This document shows positions 9,506-18,463 of a DNA stretch of 64,000 nt, piece after piece. The first letter of the stretch is position 1. Every line of letters starts with the position of its first letter. The DNA is taken from positions 47,454 to 111,453 of the forward strand of contig JBBRPR010000014.1 of the NCBI GenBank assembly GCA_038227875.1. Reading direction: 5' to 3'. The notes under the pieces were generated by a model. That model searched no databases. It saw only the letters and a program-made list of their open reading frames with translations, and had not been told where the DNA came from. Position numbers and translations under genes: made by a program. The DNA comes from Planctomycetota bacterium (lineage in GTDB: Bacteria > Planctomycetota > SZUA-567 > H5-PLA8).

Positions 9506-9532
9506 TTAGACCGGGCGGGACGCCCGGACTAC
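9506..9532. repeat. REP-like palindromic unit, right arm of the 27-bp inverted repeat
   Basis: TTAGACCGGGCGGGACGCCCGGACTAC, which is the exact reverse complement of 9352-9378. The two arms bracket 127 bp. Confidence 0.85.
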
Positions 9533-9638
9533 AAAAGTCGGAGTATACTCCACTGGCGCTTTTTGATAAACAAAACGTCCGCTCCGAATAAGACATTACT
9601 TTCGTCGGCGGTGTATCGAGTCCACTGGAGAACCCACT

Positions 9639-12600
9639 ATGCCGCGGCGATCCCACCTGTTAGCTCTCTGCGTCCCGCTCCTCGCTCTGGCTTCCGCACG
9701 CGCGCAGGACCAAGGCAACGCGCCGCTGCCCAACGGTGTCAGCGCCGTCTGGGATCTCGAAAAAGCCTTTCGCGAAAGCACGCCGACTCAAGAACGCGTC
9801 TGCCTCAACGGACTCTGGCTCTGGCAACCGGCCAAGCCGGAGAAAGAGGAAACCCCGCCCACTACCGCGTGGGGCTGGTTCAAAGTTCCCGGCCCGTGGC
9901 CCGGCGGCACCAGTTGGATCATGGCCAATTCGCAGACGCTCTACCCGCACCCCAGCTGGCAGGATAAATTCTGGGGAACAAACTCCGCGTGGTACCAACG
10001 CGATTTTTTCGTCCCGAAAGAATGGGCCGGCCGGCGCATTACCCTCAGCGCCGAGTACCTCAACTCCTTCGCCTCCGTCTTTGTCGATGGAAAACGCGCC
10101 GGTAAAATGCAGTTCCCCGGCGGCGAGGTCGACCTTACGCCGCTCTGCCAAGCGGCGGGCAAACACGTCCTCGCGCTGCGCGTCGTCGCCGCGCCGTTGC
10201 GCGAAATCGCGGTGCTCTTCAACGACACCAACACGGAGAACTCGATCAAGGCCTCCGTCGAACGCCGCGGTCTCTGCGGTGACGTCTTCCTCAACGCCGC
10301 GCCCGTCGCCGCGCGCATCGACGACGTGAAAATCGATACGTCCGTGCGCAAAGGCGAAATCACGCTCGACGCCGTGCTCCAGGATCTCCCCGCCGAAGGC
10401 CCGTACACGTTGCGCGCCGCGATCACCGACCACGGCAAGCCGGTCAAGGAATTCACCAGCGCTCCCTTTAAGAAGGGCGATCTGAAAAACGGACGCTTCG
10501 CGTTTTCCGAAAAGTGGAAGGCCGAGAAACTCTGGGACACGAATACGCCGCAAAATACGTATGACCTGCAACTCTCGCTCCTGGATTCCGGCGGCAAAGT
10601 CGTGGACACCGCTTTGCCCCGGCGCTTCGGCTTCCGTGAATTCTGGATCGACGGCCGCGACTTTTATCTCAACGGCACGCGCATTTTCCTCTCGGTCGTG
10701 CCGACCGCGCTGGCCCAGGTCGCGACGCCCTTTGCCAGCTATGACACCGCGCTCGAATCGTTCAAGCGCCTGCAAACCGCCGGGGTGAACTGCGTCTACA
10801 CGCACAACTACGGCTGCGATCCCGGCGCGCACTTGAGTTTCACCGAAGTCCTCCGCGCCGCCGACGACGCCGGCATGCTCGTCTCGTTTACGCAGCCGCA
10901 TTTTGGCCAGTACGACTGGTCCGCGCCCGACGCCGATCAGGCCAACGGCTACGCCCGCCACGCCGCGTTCTACGTCCGCGCCGCGCAGAATCATCCGGCC
11001 GTCGTGATGTATGCCATGAGCCACAACGCGACCGGCTACGTCGAGGACTGCAATCCCGATCAGATCGGCAACGGCAAACCCGCGCCGCGCGAACAATGGG
11101 CGAGCAACAATGTCAAATCCGCGCTGCGCGCCGAGGCCATCGTCCACGCGCTCGATCCGGGCCGCATCGTTTATCATCACTCGTCGGGCGATTTGAACGC
11201 GATCTACAACATTAATTTCTATCCCAACTTTGCGCCTGTCCAGGAACTCTCCGACTGGTTCGAACCATGGGCGAAGAACGGCGTCAAGCCGGCCTTCCCC
11301 TGCGAATACGGCGCGCCGTGTACGTGGGATTTTTCGATGTACCGCGGCTGGTTCAAAGGCAAGCGGACCTTCGGCAACGCCAAAGTCCCCTGGGAATTCT
11401 GCCTCGCGGAATGGAAGTCGCAGTTCTACGGCGACAGCGCGTTTCATCTGGAGGAAAACGAGAAGACGGTGCTCCGTTCCGAAACTAAATGGCTCGCGGA
11501 AGGCCGCGAAGGCTGGAACCGCTGGGATTATCCGCGCGAAAAACCGGTCGCCGATTTTCAAGACGTCGCCGCGCTCTACTTCATCGACAACTGCCGTGCG
11601 ACCCGCACGTGGGGACTTTCCGCCTGCAATACCGCGTGGGAATTCGAGACCGCGTGGCTTCCCCGCGACGACGGCAAGCGCCCCCGCAAGGACCTGAAGA
11701 CCGATTGGGAGCACCTCCAGCGTCCCGGCTTCAGCCCCGATTTCATCGAACTGGGCCGCACCGACTACGCCGCGCGGCGTTGGGACATGTCGCTCGACCG
11801 CGCCGATTGGACGCCCACCGCGCTCGGCGCGGCGATGCTGCGCAACAACCAGCCGCTGCTCGGCTACATCGCCGGCAAGGCCGCGCATTTCACCAGCAAG
11901 GATCACAACTTTACGCCGGGAGAAAGCGTCGAAAAGCAACTGATCGTCCTGAACAATTCGCGCGTCACCGTTTCGTGCGAGTGCGAGTGGTCGCTGAATC
12001 TTCCCAAGCCGCTGAAGGGAAATCAGAAAGTCGAAGTCCCCACCGGCGACAAGCAAGCCGTTCCCATCCACATCGACCTTGGCGCGGACACACCGCCCGA
12101 CATCTACGAACTCAGCGCGAGCTTCAAATTCAGCAACGGCCAAACCCAGACCGGCACGTTCGCGCTGCACGTTCTGCCCTCACCGCCGACGCTCAAAATC
12201 GCCGCGAAAATCGCGGTCTTCGATCCTAGCGGCGCGGCCGGCAAGTGGCTCAGCGCCATGGGCGTGACTGCCGAGAGCGTCAGTGCGACTGACGATCTCA
12301 GCGCTTACACCGTGCTCGTGGTCGGAAAATCCGCGCTGACCGTCGAGGGCGCCGCTCCGGACATCACCCGCGTCCGCGACGGCCTGCGCGTCGTCATCTT
12401 CGAGCAGACTTCCGCCGTCCTGGAACAGCGCTTCGGATTCCGCGTCGAAGAGTACGGGCTGCGCAAGGTCTTCCGGCGCGTCGGCAACAGCCCTGCGCTG
12501 GGTGACGTCTCCAACGGATATTTGCGCGACTGGCGCGGCGAGGCCACGCTGCTGCCGCCGCGGCTGACCTACGCAACTTCCGGCGATAAATTCAACGGAT

Positions 12601-13562
12601 CGCCGACGGTGAAGTGGGCGGGGATCGATGTCCAGCGGACGTGGCGCAGCGGCTGCCGCGGCAGCGTCGCGTCGGTCCTGATCGAAAAGCCCGCGTGCGG
12701 CGATTTTTTTCCGCTCGTCGACGGCGGCTTCAGCCTGCAATACAGCCCGCTGCTGGAATACCGCGAAGGGAAGGGGATGGTCCTCTTCTGCCAGCTTGAC
12801 GTCAGCGGCCGCACCGAAAGCGATCCCGCCGCCGAAACCGTTGCGCGAAACATTCTTCAGTACGCCGCCGAGTGGAAACCCGCACCCGAGCGAACCGCCG
12901 TGTACGCCGGCGATCCCGCTGGACAGAAGCATCTCACCGCTGCTGGATTCTCCTGCGCCGCGTTCGCCGCCGGAAAACTCGCGCCCAATTCGGTGCTCGT
13001 CGTCGGTCCCGGCGGCGGAAAAACTCTCGCCGCCAACGCCGCTGCCATCGGCGACTGGCTCAAAGCCGGCGGTCACGTGCTGGCCATCGGTCTGGACGAA
13101 ACCGACGCCAACGATTTCCTCCCGAATAAGGTAAGCATGAAGAAGGGTGAATACATCGGTGACGATTTCTCGCCTAGAAACATTCACTCCCCGCTGGCCG
13201 GCGTAGGACCTGCCGATATTCACGTCCGCGATGTTCGCGAGATTCCGCTGATAACCGGCGGCGCGAATGCGTTGGCCGGCGGCGTTCTCGCCACTGCCGA
13301 AAATGGGAGCGTCGTCTTCTCGCAACTCGTGCCGTGGAAGTACGAGTACAAAATCCCGCAAGGCACCAAGCGGACCTTCCGCCGCACCGCGTTCCTGACC
13401 ACGCGCCTGCTCGCCAACCTGGGCGTCGCCGCAACCACGCCGCTGCTCGCCCGCTTCCACGACCCCGTCCCCGCCGCCAAACCCGAAAAGCGCTGGCTGA
13501 CCGGCCTATACCTGGACACGCCGGAAGAATGGGACGACCCCTACCGCGCGTTCGGGTGGTAG
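9639..13562 (+). CDS. glycoside hydrolase family 2-like large exported enzyme (1307 aa)
   Basis: Signal peptide MPRRSHLLALCVPLLALASARAQ. GH2 sugar-binding-domain pattern WYQRDFFVPKEWAGRRITLSAEYLNSFASVFVDGKRAGKMQFPGGEVDLTP. FGFREFWIDGRDFYLNGTRIFL precedes a TIM-barrel-like region. A long C-terminal extension follows. Confidence 0.7.
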   Translation: MPRRSHLLALCVPLLALASARAQDQGNAPLPNGVSAVWDLEKAFRESTPTQERVCLNGLWLWQPAKPEKEETPPTTAWGWFKVPGPWPGGTSWIMANSQTLYPHPSWQDKFWGTNSAWYQRDFFVPKEWAGRRITLSAEYLNSFASVFVDGKRAGKMQFPGGEVDLTPLCQAAGKHVLALRVVAAPLREIAVLFNDTNTENSIKASVERRGLCGDVFLNAAPVAARIDDVKIDTSVRKGEITLDAVLQDLPAEGPYTLRAAITDHGKPVKEFTSAPFKKGDLKNGRFAFSEKWKAEKLWDTNTPQNTYDLQLSLLDSGGKVVDTALPRRFGFREFWIDGRDFYLNGTRIFLSVVPTALAQVATPFASYDTALESFKRLQTAGVNCVYTHNYGCDPGAHLSFTEVLRAADDAGMLVSFTQPHFGQYDWSAPDADQANGYARHAAFYVRAAQNHPAVVMYAMSHNATGYVEDCNPDQIGNGKPAPREQWASNNVKSALRAEAIVHALDPGRIVYHHSSGDLNAIYNINFYPNFAPVQELSDWFEPWAKNGVKPAFPCEYGAPCTWDFSMYRGWFKGKRTFGNAKVPWEFCLAEWKSQFYGDSAFHLEENEKTVLRSETKWLAEGREGWNRWDYPREKPVADFQDVAALYFIDNCRATRTWGLSACNTAWEFETAWLPRDDGKRPRKDLKTDWEHLQRPGFSPDFIELGRTDYAARRWDMSLDRADWTPTALGAAMLRNNQPLLGYIAGKAAHFTSKDHNFTPGESVEKQLIVLNNSRVTVSCECEWSLNLPKPLKGNQKVEVPTGDKQAVPIHIDLGADTPPDIYELSASFKFSNGQTQTGTFALHVLPSPPTLKIAAKIAVFDPSGAAGKWLSAMGVTAESVSATDDLSAYTVLVVGKSALTVEGAAPDITRVRDGLRVVIFEQTSAVLEQRFGFRVEEYGLRKVFRRVGNSPALGDVSNGYLRDWRGEATLLPPRLTYATSGDKFNGSPTVKWAGIDVQRTWRSGCRGSVASVLIEKPACGDFFPLVDGGFSLQYSPLLEYREGKGMVLFCQLDVSGRTESDPAAETVARNILQYAAEWKPAPERTAVYAGDPAGQKHLTAAGFSCAAFAAGKLAPNSVLVVGPGGGKTLAANAAAIGDWLKAGGHVLAIGLDETDANDFLPNKVSMKKGEYIGDDFSPRNIHSPLAGVGPADIHVRDVREIPLITGGANALAGGVLATAENGSVVFSQLVPWKYEYKIPQGTKRTFRRTAFLTTRLLANLGVAATTPLLARFHDPVPAAKPEKRWLTGLYLDTPEEWDDPYRAFGW

Positions 13563-13695
13563 AAAGTTCATCTGAACAATATCCAAAAAAACGTTCATTC
13601 AATCTGAATCCCAGCCATTTCCTCGCTGGCGCTGATCAGCGATAAGGGATATTCACATCTCCACCTGTCACCCGGCCCAAAGCCCGCGAGGTCTC

Positions 13696-15735
13696 ATGCC
13701 TTATTATCCGGTCAACACCCCTCTTCCTGAAGCCTGGCGCGGTATTCCCAAGCAGCATCCGCGGCTCTTCGGTTCGCTGGAACGACTCAAGCAACTGGCG
13801 CTCGCGCGGCCCGAGGCCTACCGCCGCACGCAGATCATCGCGCGCGAGAAGGGCGTCGACGACACGTCCGAGCCGGTGATGGAATCCCGCCTTGTCCACC
13901 GCGAGAACAAGCTCATCTCCATGGCGCTGGTCGCCGCGATTGATGGCGACGCGGCGCTCGCTCGGCGCACGGTGGACGTCTGCCTCGATTGGCACGTCGA
14001 CCGCACGCCGCATCTCGGGCACACTGGCTGGGCCGGCGACATGGTCTCGTGCTCGCTGGTCTTCGATCTCTGTCACGAAGCGTGGACGCCGTCCGAACGG
14101 CTGCGCCTGTTCCGCTATTTCGGTGCGTGCCGCGATGCCAACATCAACGAAGAGCCCTGTCCGTTTCACAACGGCTGGTACGCCATGCGCCACAACGGCT
14201 ACGGCGCGGCGGGGCTGGCCACTATGCACGAATGGGAGCGCGCTCCGGCATTTCTGGCGGAAGTCGATCACGCGCTGAAAACGCTCGGCCATCCCGCGCT
14301 CGATTTCGCCGGCAACGGCGGCTGCTTCACCGAAGGCTTCTACACGCAGTACTGGATTGAAAGCTGGGTGATGTTCCTGGCGATGGTCCACCACGCTTCG
14401 GGTCTCGATCTGTTTGCCGCGTGTCCGTCGTTCTACAAAAATCGCGCCGTGGCCAGCATGTTCGAATGCTACCCGGGCCTGCAGGAACGCGGTTCGCGCC
14501 GGGGCGTCGCGTTTGGCGATGCCGGCGGCCGCTACTTCGGCCACCAGCGCGAACGCGACCGCAATCGCACCGCGCGCAACATCCTGATCAATCACTTCCG
14601 CGACGATGCCGATCACCAATCCGTCGCCAGTTTTCAGGACACCAGTCCCGGCTGCGGCGCCGATGAGAGCGCCTGGAAAGATTTCATGTTCGCCGACGCC
14701 ACCGTGCCGCGCCGCGATCACAAAAAATTCAAGCTCTCCCACTTCGGCCGCGGAGCCGGCATGGTCCACGCGCGCAGTTCGTGGGAAGAAGATGCGACTT
14801 ACTTCGCCTTCAAATGCGCGGGCCGTTTCTCCGGCCACGAACACCTCGACAACGGTCACTTCTACATCGTGAAGCACAAAGAGCTGGCCACGCGCAGCGG
14901 CCAGTACTACGAATTCGGCGGCGAACACGACGTCAACTTTCACTGCCGTTCGATCGCGCACAACACGATGCTGATCCACGACCCATCAGAAGTCTTTCCC
15001 TTCTTCTTAAAGGGCTACCCCGGCTGGCCGGCCAACGACGGCGGCCAGGCGTGGCCGTGGGTCGGCACGCCGTTCCGGCACAACGGCTGGGCCGAGAGCA
15101 AAGAGATGTGGCTTGAGCACCGTGAACTCGGCGACACCGGCCGCATGACCGCGTACCACGACGCCGGGCCGTGGCTCTACACCGGCGGCGACCTGACGCG
15201 CGCGTACTCCGCGAAGAAACTCAAGGTGTTCACGCGGCAGATCGTCTTCATCCGACCGGGAACGTTCGTCGTCTTCGACCGCGTCGAATCGACCGATCCG
15301 TCGTTCAAAAAAACGTGGCTGCTCCACGCCGCGAAACCGCCGAGCGTAGCGAACGGCCGCCTGACCATCGCGCACGGACTCGGTCGCTTGACCGTCGACC
15401 CGCTGCTGCCGGCCAATCCGCTCGTCACGGTCAACACGGGTGAAGACCAGTACACGTACGGCGGCCGCCGTTTCATTCCCGCGCGCAGCGTCGGACCGTG
15501 CGCGGAGTGCCGCATTGATATCTCCCCGCGCACACCGGCCACGTTCGATTATTTCCTGAACGTGCTGACCGCCGACGACGCAAACACGCCAGCTCCGGCC
15601 GCGGCCACGGTGGTGGAACACTCCGATCGCGTCGAAGTCTCCGTCGCCGGCGCGGTGATCACATTTACCCGCGCTGCGTTTGGCGGCTCCATCAAGATCG
15701 GCGGAAAGGAAACCTCGCTGCCGGCCCTTTCGTAG
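13696..15735 (+). CDS. heparinase II/III-like (polysaccharide lyase-type) protein
   Basis: N-terminal alginate-lyase-like helical region (PKQHPRLFGSLERLKQLA). C-terminal GHEHLDNGHFYIVKHKELATRSGQYY...HNTMLIH is typical of the heparinase II/III C-domain. Confidence 0.7.
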   Translation: MPYYPVNTPLPEAWRGIPKQHPRLFGSLERLKQLALARPEAYRRTQIIAREKGVDDTSEPVMESRLVHRENKLISMALVAAIDGDAALARRTVDVCLDWHVDRTPHLGHTGWAGDMVSCSLVFDLCHEAWTPSERLRLFRYFGACRDANINEEPCPFHNGWYAMRHNGYGAAGLATMHEWERAPAFLAEVDHALKTLGHPALDFAGNGGCFTEGFYTQYWIESWVMFLAMVHHASGLDLFAACPSFYKNRAVASMFECYPGLQERGSRRGVAFGDAGGRYFGHQRERDRNRTARNILINHFRDDADHQSVASFQDTSPGCGADESAWKDFMFADATVPRRDHKKFKLSHFGRGAGMVHARSSWEEDATYFAFKCAGRFSGHEHLDNGHFYIVKHKELATRSGQYYEFGGEHDVNFHCRSIAHNTMLIHDPSEVFPFFLKGYPGWPANDGGQAWPWVGTPFRHNGWAESKEMWLEHRELGDTGRMTAYHDAGPWLYTGGDLTRAYSAKKLKVFTRQIVFIRPGTFVVFDRVESTDPSFKKTWLLHAAKPPSVANGRLTIAHGLGRLTVDPLLPANPLVTVNTGEDQYTYGGRRFIPARSVGPCAECRIDISPRTPATFDYFLNVLTADDANTPAPAAATVVEHSDRVEVSVAGAVITFTRAAFGGSIKIGGKETSLPALS

Positions 15736-15758
15736 TCCGGGCGGTTCGCCCGGTATCT
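15732..15758. repeat. third copy of the REP-like palindromic unit; likely bidirectional terminator hairpin
   Basis: GTAGTCCGGGCGGTTCGCCCGGTATCT. It matches the 9352 copy at 21/27 positions; both stem arms are identical and the loop differs. It overlaps the TAG stop (15733-15735) and sits between convergent genes. Confidence 0.7.
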
Positions 15759-15790
15759 CAAACCACGCAGTGAGACGGATTCGCCCCGAC

Positions 15791-18325
15791 TCAAAAATCT
15801 CCGTTCCCCGCTTGCGGGGGACGGTTGCGAGCGGCGAACTTTTCCAGCGCGGTGATGATCTTCTCCCGCTCGGCCAGTCGGGTGCAGCTCAAGTATGGGC
15901 GCAGGGAACTCGCTGCGATGGGGGCCATCCAGTTTTTTGGAGCCTCGGTGAGAAATCCGATCAGGGCGTCGACGGCCCGGGTATTTCCGTGTCGCGACAA
16001 GGTCATCGCCGCGTTCCAGCGAGTGGAAAGATCGCCGTGGCTTAGCGCGTTTTCGACAGCGTCCAGCGACCGCGGCGTGCGCAGTGCCTCCAGCGCCTGC
16101 ACCGCCAACTGGGTCTGCGCGGGATCGGTGCTTTTCATCATTTCAAGCAACATGCTTTCCGTGCGTTCGTCGCGAATTTCGCCCAGCGCCCGGACGAAGT
16201 AGTGCGTCGCGGTGGTGGTCTTCGCCAAACGCGAATAATTGTCCAGCACGTAAGTTACCGCCTCGTCGGTGCGCACGGCGGCGAGCGTTTCGAACGCGCT
16301 CTGTCGCGCTGCCGAATCGGGTTGCGTGTCGATAAAGCGGATCAGATCTTTTGCGGCATGGGGATGATCGCAATTTGCGAATGCCCAGGTTGCGTTCTCG
16401 GCTACTTTCGCGTCTTTGGAATTATTGAGCAGTTCCAACAAAGCCGCATAAGCCAGATCGCGCGACGGTCCGCGCACAAAGGACAGCACGGTGGCGGCGT
16501 TGCACTTTTCGGCGCTGCTCCCCTTGTCCAGGATGCGCTGCAATTCCGTTTGAATCTTTTCATAGGGGTAAGCGGCAATGGCGGCGCCTTCGTTGGTAAA
16601 GAAGTAGCTCCGATCCAGCAGCTTGAGAAGTTTCTTCAACGCTTCATCACTGGGATTCATCCGTGCGTAGTCGGCGGCAAAGTATCGAACGTTCTCATTC
16701 TTGTTGCCAATAAGCGGAAGCATGGCTGCTTTGGCCGAGGGCGAATCGTAATGTTGGAGCATCTCGGCCGCCGCTTCACATTCAGCGTCATCGGTGCCGG
16801 AAAGCATGCCGATCAGCACTTTTTCAGCCCCTGGATCGCGCGTGGCGCCGAGCAGTTGCAGCCACGCGGCGCGATATTCGCCCGCGGGCGGATTTTCGGC
16901 GATCAGGCGGGCGGCCAGACCCTCAGGCACGCCCGTGTAGTAAAGCGTGTCGCGAAAATTCGCGAGGCTGAACACCGCCCATTTTCGGACCTCCGCATCC
17001 GGATCCTTCAGCGCTGACAACAGCAGCGCACAACCGCGCGGATCGGCCACGGCGCCGAGCGAACAGACCGTCTCGCGGCGCATGTTCACGTCGGCGTCGC
17101 GCATTTTCGTTTCGAATTCATCCCACTGCGCGGCGGGGAGCGTCTTCCAGACCAGCACCGCGTCGGCGCGAACTTCGAACGTTACTTTTGTTTCGCGGGC
17201 GAACGCCGCGAGGACTTCACGGACGGGAGTCTGTCGCGCGGAAAAAGTCACGAAGGGATACCGCGCCGAAATCGGTGCGGCCCATTTCAACCCGGCGACC
17301 TGCTTGAGCTGATCGAGCGCTTGAACGAGCAAATCACGACGCCAGACCTTGTCGATTTTCGTGTCGAGAATCGCGTTGAGCCTGGCGTCGGCCTTGCCGA
17401 ATGGGTCGGCAGCGCCGAGCGACGGCGATGTGGGCGCGTCGCCGCCGGCAGTGACGGGAACGGGAGCTCCGCCGTGTGGAACTCTCCGGCGCATCAGGTT
17501 CGTGCGCCCCACCAGGAAACTCGCGAGGAACAGCGTGGCCAGGACGCCAATGACCAGTTTCGCGGCGGAACCCTTGGCGGTCACGGCTGAGACCGCCTTC
17601 GCCGCCTTCGCCGCCTTCGCCGCGTGGGCTGCCTGGGCGGATTTCAAGGTGGCCAGCAGTTTCGGTGGCGCGTTTTCGAGCGGCACCTGGCTCAGCAGTT
17701 CCGGCAGGCCGGCCACGGCAGCGGAAAATCCGGCCGCCGTCAGCGCGTCGCGGAGCTGCTCCAGACCGCGGCTGATCTGGCTGCGGATCGTTTTTTCGGG
17801 AATGTTCAGCACCGTGGAAATATCGGCGATCGAAAAGCCGTCCAGGTGATGCATCACGATCGGCGTGCGGTAAAGCGCCGGCAGCGCCTGCACGCCGCGG
17901 CACGCCGCCTGCACCAATTCCGCGCGCTCCGGATCGGCTGCCCCGGCTGGCGTTCGCGCGCCGGCAGATTCCTGTTCGCGAGCGCGGCGGCTGGTGTCGC
18001 TGCGCAGTTTCATCCGCGCGGCATTGGCAACAATGGTCATGATCCACCCCCTCAGATTGTTTTGATCCGGGCGGAGGTTGTGATCCTGGCGTGCGAGAAT
18101 CTGGACGAACGCGCTCTGGACGATCTCTTCGGCATCGGCCGAATTTCCAGAGATCGAGAGCGCCAGCCGATAGGCGGGGTGGACGTGGCGGGCGAAGAGC
18201 GCATCCATGGCCGCGCGGTCGCCGGTTGCGCCGAAGCGCCGGAAGAGCACCTCATCCGATTCGCCCGACGCGGTGGATTCCGGCGCGTGATTCATAACGC
18301 TCACCCATAACCCCATACTCGGCAT
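15791..18325 (-). CDS. ECF-type sigma-70 factor fused to a TM helix, an STN-like module and a HEAT-repeat domain (844 aa)
   Basis: Sigma region 2 (AYRLALSISGNSADAEEIVQSAFVQIL, NLRGWIMTIVANAARMKLR). Region 4 (LPALYRTPIVMHHLDGFSIADISTVLNIPEKTIRSQISRGLEQLRDAL). Ala/Lys linker and TM LVIGVLATLFLASFLV. Then about 400 aa of HEAT/PBS-lyase-like repeats (e.g. DPDAEVRKWAVFSLANF, NENVRYFAADYARM). Confidence 0.8.
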   Translation of the reverse strand: MPSMGLWVSVMNHAPESTASGESDEVLFRRFGATGDRAAMDALFARHVHPAYRLALSISGNSADAEEIVQSAFVQILARQDHNLRPDQNNLRGWIMTIVANAARMKLRSDTSRRAREQESAGARTPAGAADPERAELVQAACRGVQALPALYRTPIVMHHLDGFSIADISTVLNIPEKTIRSQISRGLEQLRDALTAAGFSAAVAGLPELLSQVPLENAPPKLLATLKSAQAAHAAKAAKAAKAVSAVTAKGSAAKLVIGVLATLFLASFLVGRTNLMRRRVPHGGAPVPVTAGGDAPTSPSLGAADPFGKADARLNAILDTKIDKVWRRDLLVQALDQLKQVAGLKWAAPISARYPFVTFSARQTPVREVLAAFARETKVTFEVRADAVLVWKTLPAAQWDEFETKMRDADVNMRRETVCSLGAVADPRGCALLLSALKDPDAEVRKWAVFSLANFRDTLYYTGVPEGLAARLIAENPPAGEYRAAWLQLLGATRDPGAEKVLIGMLSGTDDAECEAAAEMLQHYDSPSAKAAMLPLIGNKNENVRYFAADYARMNPSDEALKKLLKLLDRSYFFTNEGAAIAAYPYEKIQTELQRILDKGSSAEKCNAATVLSFVRGPSRDLAYAALLELLNNSKDAKVAENATWAFANCDHPHAAKDLIRFIDTQPDSAARQSAFETLAAVRTDEAVTYVLDNYSRLAKTTTATHYFVRALGEIRDERTESMLLEMMKSTDPAQTQLAVQALEALRTPRSLDAVENALSHGDLSTRWNAAMTLSRHGNTRAVDALIGFLTEAPKNWMAPIAASSLRPYLSCTRLAEREKIITALEKFAARNRPPQAGNGDF

Positions 18326-18411
18326 TGATCAAGCCTCCACTTTCGAAGAGAACAATGCAGTGGAGGGTCCGCTTGCCGCACGAATTTCGAAAATTCTTTT
18401 AAAGACATAAA

Positions 18412-18453
18412 CCCGGACCGCCCAGCGTCTGCGTCGCGCCAGGGCGGTCCGGG
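18412..18453 (-). terminator. hairpin terminator after the ParB-like gene
   Basis: 12-bp perfect stem CCCGGACCGCCC / GGGCGGTCCGGG (18412-18423 / 18442-18453), 10 nt after the stop at 18464. A T-rich tract (TTTATGTCTTTAAAAG) follows on the minus strand. Confidence 0.55.
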
Positions 18454-18463
18454 AACCAGCACT

